Below, piece by piece: positions 44,871-53,947 of a stretch of DNA of 59,156 nucleotides. The position numbers were made by a program, and so were the translations under genes. Below the pieces are notes generated by a model that ran no database searches, was not told the DNA's origin, and saw only the letters and a program-made list of their open reading frames with translations. Where the stretch lies: assembly GCA_041648595.1 (NCBI GenBank), contig JBAZOQ010000004.1, positions 1 through 59,156 of the forward strand. The letters run 5' to 3'. Numbering within the stretch: the first letter of the stretch is position 1; each line of letters begins with the position of its first letter. Source of the DNA: Minisyncoccota bacterium. GTDB lineage: Bacteria > Patescibacteriota > Minisyncoccia > Phycocordibacterales > UBA9973.

Positions 44871-46664
44871 ATGTCAATAGATAAATCAAAATTTGTAACT
44901 CCTACACAACTTGCCAAAATGTTAGGGATTACCCGTGTAGCAATACATCAAAAGATCAAAAAGGGCGAAATTGAGGTTCAAAATATTGGGGATTCTTCAA
45001 AACCAACATATTTAATACCTAAAGCTTCTTTATCTCAGGAAATACAGGATCGCATTCAAAATGAGCAGAAAAAGAATACTGAAAAGGTTCTTACAAAGAA
45101 CAATCATCACGATCTTGGTTTTGAGAAAGAGCTTTGGGCGGCGGCGGATAGACTGCGCGGAAATATAGATGTTTCGGAATATAAAAATATAGTTTTGGGA
45201 TTACTCTTTTTGAAATACATTTCTGACTCATTTTATAAACGCCGAGAAGTTCTTACAGAAATGACTCGTGACAAAAAGAATGAAGATTTTTATGTTCCGA
45301 CCGATGAAGCACGAAAAGCAATTCTTGAAACAAAAGATTTTTATACTTCCGAAGGTGTATTCTATGTTCCTGAAAAATCTCGTTGGCAATATTTGCAGAC
45401 AAAGACAATGAGTTCTGATTTGGGAAAAGTTTTAGATAACGCGATGGAATTGATTGAAAAAGATAATCCGGTGCAACTTGAAAATGTCCTTCCTCGTGTA
45501 TATACAAAAACAAATCTTGATCACACTGTTCTCGGCGAGTTGGTAAATATATTTTCACAAATTTCTTTTGACCACGATTTTGATCGCGAAAAAGATATTC
45601 TTGGTCGTATATATGAATACTTTTTGGGGCAATTTGCCTCAGCAGAAGGAAAACGTGGAGGCGAGTTTTTCACGCCACGCTCTATTGTTAAATTACTGGT
45701 AGAAATTCTTGAACCGTACGAAAACGCGCGCATTTTAGATCCTGCGGCAGGCAGTGGAGGAATGTTTGTGTCTATGGGCGAATATTTACGCGACCATAAA
45801 ATGGATCCGTCTAAACTTTCTATTAACGGGCAAGAAAGTAATCAAACAACCCTTCGCCTTTGTAAAATGAACCTTGCTATTCGAGGGCTTTCTGGAAAAA
45901 TAGAACTTGGTAATACATATTATCAAGATAAATTTCCAAATCTTCAAGCAGACTTTGTTATTGCAAATCCACCTTTTAATGCAGAATGGGAACCTCAAAA
46001 ACTTTCTGACAATGACCCACGCATTATTTTAGGTGTTCCGCCTTCCGGAAATGCAAACTTCTTATGGGTGCAACACTTTGTTCATCATCTATCATCAAAT
46101 GGGCAAGCAGGATTCGTTATGCCAAATGGAGCTCTTGCTGTATCTGGGAAGGAAGGAGAGCTTCGGCAGAAGCTCATCGACGCAGACCTTGTGGATGTGA
46201 TTATTTCATGTCCGTCAAAACTTTTCTATAATGTTTCACTCCCTGTTTCTCTATGGTTTTTGGCAAAAAATAAAGGTGGAGACCGTTTCCGCAACCGCAA
46301 AGGCGAAACTCTTTTTATTGATGCACGAGATACTTTTGAGCAAATATCTCGTAAGCAAGTTGTTTTTAATAAAGAAAATCTTGAAAAAATCGCGGGTGCT
46401 GTTCGTTCGTGGCGTGGAGAAAAAGGAGCGCCAAAATATGAAGATGTTTCTGGTTTTTGTAAATCAGCAAATTTAGAAGAAATAAAAAAGAACGGATACA
46501 CACTTACTCCCGGAAGATATGTCGGGCTTGCCGATGTTGAAGACGATGGAATTTCATTTGAGGACAAAATGCAAAAACTTTCCGGAGAACTCCGCGAAGC
46601 ATTTACAAAGGGTCGTGAATTAGAAAAAGAGATTGAGAAGAATCTCAAGGAACTGGGGTTTTAA
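44871..46664 (+). CDS. hsdM: type I restriction-modification methyltransferase subunit HsdM with an N-terminal excisionase-type HTH
   Basis: N6-adenine MTase motifs (DPAAGSGGMF, NPPF) and the HsdM N-terminal domain (LWAAADRLRG). The first 75 aa or so carry HTH LAKMLGITRVAIHQKIKKGEI. Confidence 0.92.
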   Translation: MSIDKSKFVTPTQLAKMLGITRVAIHQKIKKGEIEVQNIGDSSKPTYLIPKASLSQEIQDRIQNEQKKNTEKVLTKNNHHDLGFEKELWAAADRLRGNIDVSEYKNIVLGLLFLKYISDSFYKRREVLTEMTRDKKNEDFYVPTDEARKAILETKDFYTSEGVFYVPEKSRWQYLQTKTMSSDLGKVLDNAMELIEKDNPVQLENVLPRVYTKTNLDHTVLGELVNIFSQISFDHDFDREKDILGRIYEYFLGQFASAEGKRGGEFFTPRSIVKLLVEILEPYENARILDPAAGSGGMFVSMGEYLRDHKMDPSKLSINGQESNQTTLRLCKMNLAIRGLSGKIELGNTYYQDKFPNLQADFVIANPPFNAEWEPQKLSDNDPRIILGVPPSGNANFLWVQHFVHHLSSNGQAGFVMPNGALAVSGKEGELRQKLIDADLVDVIISCPSKLFYNVSLPVSLWFLAKNKGGDRFRNRKGETLFIDARDTFEQISRKQVVFNKENLEKIAGAVRSWRGEKGAPKYEDVSGFCKSANLEEIKKNGYTLTPGRYVGLADVEDDGISFEDKMQKLSGELREAFTKGRELEKEIEKNLKELGF

Positions 46665-46671
46665 TAGATAT

Positions 46672-47835
46672 ATGAAAAAAACAACAAAAAAAATTATTAA
46701 AAATAACAGCTTTACTGAGTTTTTACTTTACACGACCCCAAATGGAAAAGTTAAAGTGGAGATCTTTTTACACAATGAGACTGTATGGCTTACACAAAAG
46801 AAAATGGCCGAACTTTTTGATGTAGAATCCAACACAATCACTTATCACTTAAAAGAGATATATGAATCAAGAGAATTAAATAAAAATTCAACTACTCGAA
46901 AAATTAGAGCAGTTCAAAATGAAGGTGGCAGGAGTATAAATAGAGAGCTGGAGTTTTATAACCTTGATGTGATTATTTCTGTTGGGTATAGAATAAATTC
47001 AACCAAAGCAACACTTTTTCGTATGTGGGCAACCGAGAGATTGCAGGAATATATCATCAAAGGGTTTACTATGGATGATGAGAGGTTGAAAGACCCAAAT
47101 GGGTTTTTCGGACATGATTATTTCGAAGAACAGTTAGCGAGAATTAGAAATATTCGGTCAAGTGAAAGACGAATGTATCAAAAAGTGACTGATATTTATG
47201 CACAATGTAGCGCTGACTATAATCCGAACGAAGAAATTACTAAATTATTTTTTGCCACCGTGCAGAACAAATTACACTTTACCATTACGGGGCAAACTGC
47301 GGCAGAAATAATTTATGATAGGGTAGATAGTAAAAAACAAAATATCGGCTTAACTAGTTGGAAGAATTCACCAAAAGGAGCTATTAGAGAGACTGATGTC
47401 GTTATTGCTAAAAATTATCTTGATGAGCAAGAATTGGATTATCTAAATAGAATAGTCACTATGTATCTTGATTATGCTGAAATGCAAGCAAAGAAAGGAA
47501 TAATTATGTATATGAAAGATTGGGTCGTGAAACTGGATTCGTTTTTAAAATTTAATGAGGAAGAAATATTGCAAGATAATGGAAAAATCAGTCACGAAGT
47601 TGCTGAGGCGCTTGCACTTGGTGAATACGAAAAATATCGTGTTGAGCAGGATAAAAAATATATTTCTGATTTTGATGGTTATCTTGAAATCGAACAGAAA
47701 ACCAAAGATTTTCACCTCGCAATTGACGAGCACAAATCTAAAGAAAAACGCAGGAAACTTTTGAGTAAAAAGAAGTCAGTTGTCCGAAAAAATCGGACAA
47801 CTGGAACTAACATTGTTAAACGGAAAGAAAAATAA
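46672..47835 (+). CDS. RhuM-family protein
   Basis: VWLTQKKMAELFDV...NLDVIISVGYRINS..ATLFRMWATERL, the signature of the RhuM family. Confidence 0.8.
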   Translation: MKKTTKKIIKNNSFTEFLLYTTPNGKVKVEIFLHNETVWLTQKKMAELFDVESNTITYHLKEIYESRELNKNSTTRKIRAVQNEGGRSINRELEFYNLDVIISVGYRINSTKATLFRMWATERLQEYIIKGFTMDDERLKDPNGFFGHDYFEEQLARIRNIRSSERRMYQKVTDIYAQCSADYNPNEEITKLFFATVQNKLHFTITGQTAAEIIYDRVDSKKQNIGLTSWKNSPKGAIRETDVVIAKNYLDEQELDYLNRIVTMYLDYAEMQAKKGIIMYMKDWVVKLDSFLKFNEEEILQDNGKISHEVAEALALGEYEKYRVEQDKKYISDFDGYLEIEQKTKDFHLAIDEHKSKEKRRKLLSKKKSVVRKNRTTGTNIVKRKEK

Positions 47836-47844
47836 GTTATCCAC

Positions 47845-47874
47845 AACCATTTCGTTGATATCAACGAAATGGTT
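47845..47874. repeat. perfect 30-bp palindrome between rhuM and hsdS
   Basis: aaccatttcgttgat|atcaacgaaatggtt. Confidence 0.9.
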
Positions 47875-47884
47875 ACACAGAAAT

Positions 47885-49060
47885 ATGAGCAAATTACTGG
47901 AACAAATTAATAATACAAAAACAACCAAGAGATTGGGCGATTTGGTATTGATTAACCAATCTTCAATAACAAACGGTTTTTCTTATAGAGAAATTGAGTA
48001 TATTGATACCGCTTCAGTAACGCGAAATCATTTTGATAGGCCTCAAATTTTAAATATCAACGAAGCTCCAAGTAGAGCAAAAAGATTACTCAAGGATGGA
48101 GATACAATTCTCTCGACCGTGAGACCTAGTTTATGTCATTATGGGTTTATAAAAAATCCAAAACCTAATACCGTAGCATCTACTGGCTTTGCAGTTTTAA
48201 CTCCCAAAAATATTGATCCATTTTATCTGTATTCATATCTAACTCAAGATTCGATAACTACTACATTGAGTTCTATTGCAGAAGCAACCACAACAACTTT
48301 CCCAGCGTTTAGACCAGAAGTTCTTTCTGAAATGGAAATTGATGTTCCCGACCTCCCAACCCAAAAGAAAATCGCAGATATTTTAAGTGCTTATGATTCA
48401 AAAATTGAAAACAATAACAAGATAATCAAAAATCTTGAAGCAACAGCGCAAACTATTTTTAATGAATGGTTTGTAAATTTCCGCTTCCCTGGATATGAAA
48501 AAGTAAAAATGGTTGAGAGTGAAATGGGAGAAATTCCGGAAGGGTGGGAGATTTTTAATCTGAAAGATATTTTTACTTTCGTGAAAGGTAAAAAACCCGC
48601 AGAAGTTTCAGAAATTCAGAAAGAGGGTTTTCTTCAGCAAATTCTTATAGATAGTTTCGAAAACGGTAAAAAACTTTATGCAGATAAGAAAGGTATGGTA
48701 ATTGCCAGTGAGCAAGATTTACTTATGGTTATGGACGGAGCAAGTTCTGGACGAATTGAATTTGGCATAACTGGTATTGTTGGTTCTACTATATCGAAAC
48801 TTGAACTTAAAAAACCAATCAGATCAATATTATATTTTTTTCTAAAGACAAAAGAAAAAGATATCAAAGATAACACGACGGGTTCAGCAATTCCGCATAC
48901 CGATAAAGAAAAAGTATACTCTTATAAGATAGTTTTACCTAAAAAAACAGATTTTTTTGAAGAAATACTTTTGGGTTTTATTCAAGGCATAGAAAAACTT
49001 AATCAAGAAAATATAAAACTTAAAGAGTCGAGAAATCAATTATTAGATAAATTAATATGA
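47885..49060 (+). CDS. hsdS: type I restriction-modification specificity subunit HsdS
   Basis: Two target-recognition domains separated by the conserved helix (LPTQKKIADILSAYDSKIENN), with a C-terminal repeat of it. Confidence 0.88.
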   Translation: MSKLLEQINNTKTTKRLGDLVLINQSSITNGFSYREIEYIDTASVTRNHFDRPQILNINEAPSRAKRLLKDGDTILSTVRPSLCHYGFIKNPKPNTVASTGFAVLTPKNIDPFYLYSYLTQDSITTTLSSIAEATTTTFPAFRPEVLSEMEIDVPDLPTQKKIADILSAYDSKIENNNKIIKNLEATAQTIFNEWFVNFRFPGYEKVKMVESEMGEIPEGWEIFNLKDIFTFVKGKKPAEVSEIQKEGFLQQILIDSFENGKKLYADKKGMVIASEQDLLMVMDGASSGRIEFGITGIVGSTISKLELKKPIRSILYFFLKTKEKDIKDNTTGSAIPHTDKEKVYSYKIVLPKKTDFFEEILLGFIQGIEKLNQENIKLKESRNQLLDKLI

Positions 49061-49794
49061 ACCAGAATACTGAACAAAAATTAAATGAAAAAACACTTTA
49101 TCTTTTTATAGATGAATCTGGAAATTTCGATTTTTCACCTAAGGGGACAAAAGCTTTTGTTCTTAGTGGTCTTGTGACATTTGATCCTCTGCCGTTTAGA
49201 GAGGAGCTCATACGATTACGATACGATATTTTGAGTCAGGGTATTGATCTTGAGTACTTTCATGCTACAGAAGATAGGCAGGTAGACCGCGACATGGTTT
49301 TTGCAGTGATTGAAAGACTAAAAGATACTTGTGAAGTTCATAGTGTCGCGGCAAGAAAGAATAGGGTGAATCCTGTTTTATATTGTGATAGTGTTGACCA
49401 TAATGGAAAAGTGGTACGCGGAATGAAAGGTTTCGGTCTATATGAATTTTTATGTAAGAATCTCCTCACATACGTATTCAATGGAAAAAAAGGAAGAGTA
49501 AATAAGATTATAGTCGTACTGAGTGCACTTTATACCGGGGAAAAGAAAAAGATAATTATGCATTCAATCAAAAAACATATTAAAGAGAATTTTCCTGATG
49601 TACGCTTCGAAATATTTATGCACGCTTCGGCAGCTGATTTAAATTGTCAGATAGCTGATTATTGCTGTTGGGCGGTATTTGTAAAAATTGAGAGAGATGA
49701 AAAGCGTCCTCTTGCGATTATTAGGAATATGGTTAAAAGTTATTTTGATATCTTTAAAAACGGAGATGTTGAATATTACCAATATGGAAAATAG
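49057..49794 (+). CDS. DUF3800-family protein embedded in the R-M operon
   Basis: LYLFIDESGNFDF N-terminus. Its start overlaps the hsdS stop (ATGA). Confidence 0.7.
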   Translation: MNQNTEQKLNEKTLYLFIDESGNFDFSPKGTKAFVLSGLVTFDPLPFREELIRLRYDILSQGIDLEYFHATEDRQVDRDMVFAVIERLKDTCEVHSVAARKNRVNPVLYCDSVDHNGKVVRGMKGFGLYEFLCKNLLTYVFNGKKGRVNKIIVVLSALYTGEKKKIIMHSIKKHIKENFPDVRFEIFMHASAADLNCQIADYCCWAVFVKIERDEKRPLAIIRNMVKSYFDIFKNGDVEYYQYGK

Positions 49795-49810
49795 ACATAT
49801 ACAAAAACGA

Positions 49811-49862
49811 CCAAACCCCCTATCCTTTCGGAAGAGCCCAGGGGCTCTTGTCGGGGGTCTGG
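49811..49862 (+). other. 52-nt GC-rich multi-stem structure between DUF3800 and hsdR
   Basis: Outer stem ccaaaccccc/gggggtctgg encloses tcc-tttc-gga and aagagcc-cagg-ggctctt. Confidence 0.55.
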
Positions 49863-49942
49863 AACCTTTACATAAGTATAACCCAAGCTGTTAGGTAAAA
49901 GCAAATAAATGTGGATAAGTCAAAAAATATAGCAAAAACAAT

Positions 49943-52900
49943 ATGAACCCCATCAACGAAAACAATTTAACAGAACAATCACTCATCGACTGGCTTAAGG
50001 GCGAGGGATATGAGCATATTTATGGACCGGACATAAATCCCGGACAGACTCGCGCAGAGCGCGAGGATTTTCGGGGGGTTGTTTTGAAAGACAGACTTCT
50101 TGGAGCTGTTCGAAGAATAAACCCGTCGCTTCCAGCCGAGCAAGCAGAGATTATTGTTAAAGAAATTGCGGATTATTCTCACAATGATCTTATTCTTGGA
50201 AACAAAGAAGTGTATTCTTGGGTTACGACTGGCAAAAAGATTTCGTGGAGAGAAAATGGCGATGAAAAAACAGAGCTGGTAAAACTTATAGATTTTACTG
50301 AATCACTATTAAATGAATTTCTTGTAGTGAATCAATTTACAGTACAAGGTATTGATGCTGTGTGCCGTCTAGACGCTGTTATTTTTGTGAACGGTTTACC
50401 GCTTGGGGTTTTTGAATTAAAGAGTGGCGTTCGCACAGAAGCGACAATCGGTGAAGCATACCGAGATGTTGAGTATTACAAAAAGGAAATTCCGAAGCTA
50501 TTTTTATACAACCAAGTTGTTGGATTGTCTGATTTGTTTAATGCGCGACACGGCACTATTTCCTCATCGTGGGAACGCTATGGAACATGGAAAGGTATCA
50601 CAGTCGAAAATGATTTTTCAAAAGAGGCAGAAGAATTGGAAGTATTGGCTAAAGGGCTTTTTAATAAAGAACGCTTCTTGGATGTGCTACAACACTTTAC
50701 AATTTTTGAAGCCGATAGTGATGGTGAGGCGGTTACCTATACAAAAAAGATGTGTATGTATCATCAGTATTATGGAGTGAATAAAACAATTACCAGCACT
50801 ATCCGCGCAATTCTAGGAGAGCAAGATAGAAAAATCGGAGTATTTTGGCACACACAAGGTTCGGGTAAATCTCTGTCGATGGTTTTCTATGTGAATAAAA
50901 CAAAAAATATTCCAGAATTGAAAAGTCCTGCGTATGTATTCCTGACAGACCGTGAAGATTTGGATGACCAGTTATTTAAAACCTTCAGTCGTACCGGATA
51001 TGGGACGCTTGCCAAAAAAGCATCTAGTATAAAAAATTTGCGCGCTAGATTGTCGCATTTGGGTAGTGAGCTTATTTTCACTACTATTCAGAAATTCCAA
51101 GAAGACCCTGACGCTCAAAATGCTTTAACCGAGCGAGATAATATTATTGTTCTTGCGGATGAAGCGCATCGTACGCAATACAGTAATTTAGCTGGTAATG
51201 TTCGCCTTGCATTACCTAATGCTAGTTTTTTGGGAGTAACCGGAACACCTATATCAAAAAATGACAAAGATACAGTCAGGGTTTTTGGTAATGTCGTTAG
51301 CTCCTACAAAATTAGCCAATCAGTAAAAGATAAATCAACTGTACCAATTTATTACGAAGGACGACTTGTACCACTTCATCTAGCTGATAAGTTCATTGAT
51401 ACTAAATTTGATGCTGTGTTAGGCGAAGTTATTTCTGATGATAACGCTCGAATGCGAAAAGAATGGGCTGTGCTTGAAGAAGTAGTCGGAGCACCGAGTC
51501 GTATAGAAAAAATTGCAGAAGATATTGTACACCACTTTAATAATAGACCAATTGAAGGCAAAGCAATGATTGTGACTATGAGTCGTCGGATTGCGGTTTT
51601 GATGTATGAAGCAATTCAAAAAATTAATGGCGCGCCAGAATGTGCGGTGGTCATTTCTAATAGTGATGAATACGCATCTCTCATACAGCAAGAGCGAGAT
51701 GTAAAGAAACTGGAAAAAAGATTTAAAAAAGTAAATGATTCTTTAAAAATCGCCATTGTGTGTGATATGTGGCTGACTGGTTTTGATGTGCCGTGCCTAC
51801 ATACGATGTATCTTGATAAACCACTTAAAAATCACGGGCTCATGCAAGCAATTGCTCGTGTCAACAGAGTATATAAAGATAAACCAGGAGGTTTGATTGT
51901 TGATTATATCGGTATTGCTGAAAACTTAAAAAAAGCACTCGCTTGGTATGATTCTGATATTCAGAATGATGCACTTATTCCTATTGATGAAGTTGTTGTA
52001 CTAATGCACACTATGCACAAACAGGTTGGCGAGTTTTTCGGCAAAGTCGATTATGCTTCTTGGAAACAAAAGAAAGGAGTTGAGTTAGTTAGAATCATGC
52101 AGGCAGGAATAAATGAAGTGATAACTAATAACGGATATTTATCTGATGAGCGAAAAATGAAATATATGGGAATGGTTTCAAAACTTTCGAAACTACATGC
52201 CCTTGTTATGCCGGGCGAGGAAGCTATGAAAATTGTGAATGATTTACAATTCTTTCAATCAATTCGCGAAGCGATCCGGAAGCAGACAGTATTACCGCAT
52301 GCGATTTTTCCGGAAGAAACAGAAAGTGCTATTCGCAGTTTAATGCAAGATTCAATTCAAGCTGAAGGAATTGTTGATTTGTTTAATGTTCCCGGTCAAG
52401 AAAGGAAAAGTATTTCAATTTTCGATGAAAAGTTCGTAGCTGAAATAAAAAAATCACAGTATCACAATTTTGCTGTTGATTCAGTTCGAAAACTTCTTGA
52501 TCAAGAAATTCGCGCTCGTATGCGTGTTAATACTGCTCGCTACGAAACAATGCTCACGCTATTGGAAGGACTTATTGAAAAATATGAAAACAACGTAATC
52601 AGCTCTACTGAAATTATAAAACAACTTCTTGAAATTGCAGATGAAATTAAAAAACTAGATCAAGAAAGTAAAGACACGGGACTTTCTGAAGAAGAAATTG
52701 TATTTTATGATACTCTTGAAAAAAATCCTGATCTAAAAAATGCAGGAATTGATATAAAAGAATTTGTGAAAGAGCTAACGAAGCGTATTAGGCGCGATTT
52801 AGCGATTGACTGGACTAATAACGAAACAATAAAAGCGCGTATTCGCCAGAATGTTAGACTTCTTTTGCTTCAGAAAGGAATTGTTGAGGAAATGCAAACC

Positions 52901-52966
52901 AAAAGATTGATTGAATCTATCTATCTTGAAACTGTGCGAGTTTACAGAGAATATTTGCCAGCATAA
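49943..52966 (+). CDS. hsdR: type I restriction endonuclease subunit HsdR
   Basis: SF2 motifs (TQGSGKS, LADEAHRTQ, TGTP, QAIARVNR); about 1000 aa. Confidence 0.93.
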   Translation: MNPINENNLTEQSLIDWLKGEGYEHIYGPDINPGQTRAEREDFRGVVLKDRLLGAVRRINPSLPAEQAEIIVKEIADYSHNDLILGNKEVYSWVTTGKKISWRENGDEKTELVKLIDFTESLLNEFLVVNQFTVQGIDAVCRLDAVIFVNGLPLGVFELKSGVRTEATIGEAYRDVEYYKKEIPKLFLYNQVVGLSDLFNARHGTISSSWERYGTWKGITVENDFSKEAEELEVLAKGLFNKERFLDVLQHFTIFEADSDGEAVTYTKKMCMYHQYYGVNKTITSTIRAILGEQDRKIGVFWHTQGSGKSLSMVFYVNKTKNIPELKSPAYVFLTDREDLDDQLFKTFSRTGYGTLAKKASSIKNLRARLSHLGSELIFTTIQKFQEDPDAQNALTERDNIIVLADEAHRTQYSNLAGNVRLALPNASFLGVTGTPISKNDKDTVRVFGNVVSSYKISQSVKDKSTVPIYYEGRLVPLHLADKFIDTKFDAVLGEVISDDNARMRKEWAVLEEVVGAPSRIEKIAEDIVHHFNNRPIEGKAMIVTMSRRIAVLMYEAIQKINGAPECAVVISNSDEYASLIQQERDVKKLEKRFKKVNDSLKIAIVCDMWLTGFDVPCLHTMYLDKPLKNHGLMQAIARVNRVYKDKPGGLIVDYIGIAENLKKALAWYDSDIQNDALIPIDEVVVLMHTMHKQVGEFFGKVDYASWKQKKGVELVRIMQAGINEVITNNGYLSDERKMKYMGMVSKLSKLHALVMPGEEAMKIVNDLQFFQSIREAIRKQTVLPHAIFPEETESAIRSLMQDSIQAEGIVDLFNVPGQERKSISIFDEKFVAEIKKSQYHNFAVDSVRKLLDQEIRARMRVNTARYETMLTLLEGLIEKYENNVISSTEIIKQLLEIADEIKKLDQESKDTGLSEEEIVFYDTLEKNPDLKNAGIDIKEFVKELTKRIRRDLAIDWTNNETIKARIRQNVRLLLLQKGIVEEMQTKRLIESIYLETVRVYREYLPA

Positions 52967-52970
52967 ATTT

Positions 52971-53639
52971 ATGGACGACGAAAATACAACCAAAAACCAA
53001 GATTCTGAGCAAAACTCTATTCCACCAAGCCCCCAAGAGCCCATAGCTGATGCATCTATTCCACCCATGGATTCCGCACCTGCCGAAGTGCCTTCTGAGG
53101 CCCCGGAAGCTTCTAGGGAGGGTTTAAGTGATGAAAGTACTAATATACCACCCTCTAATTCTACCCCTATACCAGAAGAAGCAATCCCATTAGAGCCAAC
53201 GGATATGCAAGCAAATCCTGCCTCTAACGGGACAAGTGAACCCTCAATTGAGCCAGTTTCTGAACCCGTAGAATCTCCTGAACTCGAAACGGCTCAAATA
53301 CCAGTAAATGAGCCGTTGAAAGAACCGGAAACTTCTCAAAACGAACAGGCGAAGCCTGTGAGTGAACAACCTAAATCTAATCTAGCTCGCGAACTTTTAA
53401 TCACAGCTCGAAACGCAATACAATTTCGAAAGCGAAAGAAACTAGATAAAGTTATGTCTTTGTTTGATAAAAAGAAAAATGGTTCGACAAGCTCACCACA
53501 AGTCACAAACGACGAAGTGGAAAAGTTTCTTCACGTCTCGGATGCAACAGCAACCCGATATCTTTCACAACTAGAGAAAGAAGGAAAAATAAAACAAAGT
53601 GGTAAAACTGGGAAAGCGGTTTTCTATTCTAGGATTTAA
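52971..53639 (+). CDS. highly acidic Pro/Glu/Ser-rich protein with a C-terminal winged-HTH
   Basis: About 150 aa of low-complexity acidic sequence, then VTNDEVEKFLHVSDATATRYLSQLEKEGKIKQSGKTGKAVFY. ATG 52971 is 4 nt after the hsdR stop. Confidence 0.6.
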   Translation: MDDENTTKNQDSEQNSIPPSPQEPIADASIPPMDSAPAEVPSEAPEASREGLSDESTNIPPSNSTPIPEEAIPLEPTDMQANPASNGTSEPSIEPVSEPVESPELETAQIPVNEPLKEPETSQNEQAKPVSEQPKSNLARELLITARNAIQFRKRKKLDKVMSLFDKKKNGSTSSPQVTNDEVEKFLHVSDATATRYLSQLEKEGKIKQSGKTGKAVFYSRI

Positions 53640-53679
53640 TTTTGCAGGGAGCCGCCGTTTCTTCTTTGAAGAAACCTGA

Positions 53680-53696
53680 CCTCGCCCGCCACCCAT
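53680..53696. repeat. GC box (inverted copy, right boundary of the R-M island)
   Basis: cctcgcccgccacccat is the reverse complement of 44778-44794. Confidence 0.8.
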
Positions 53697-53947
53697 ACCA
53701 AATCAAAAAAAACCCCCGCGAAATAATATATGCATGGAAACGGTGGCGAGGCGAGGGCAGACTCCGACCTTGGTCGGAGTGGCGGAGTTCATTGAGTTAC
53801 CACATTAATAGAGCGTAGTAATTGCTTTCGAGAAATGATGCACGCGGAGCGTGCGCATTAGTGGTTCTCGAAAAAGGTTCGTGCAAAGGTTAAGATAAGA
53901 GGACAAGAAAATTTAAGTAAATCTAAAAATTATATTATAATAACTAA

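Noticed and set aside
53640-53947. The GC-rich spacer as RNase P RNA.
   Set aside because: No GAGGAAAGUCC or ACAGAACCCGGCUUA-type conserved regions were found on either strand, and the segment is too short.
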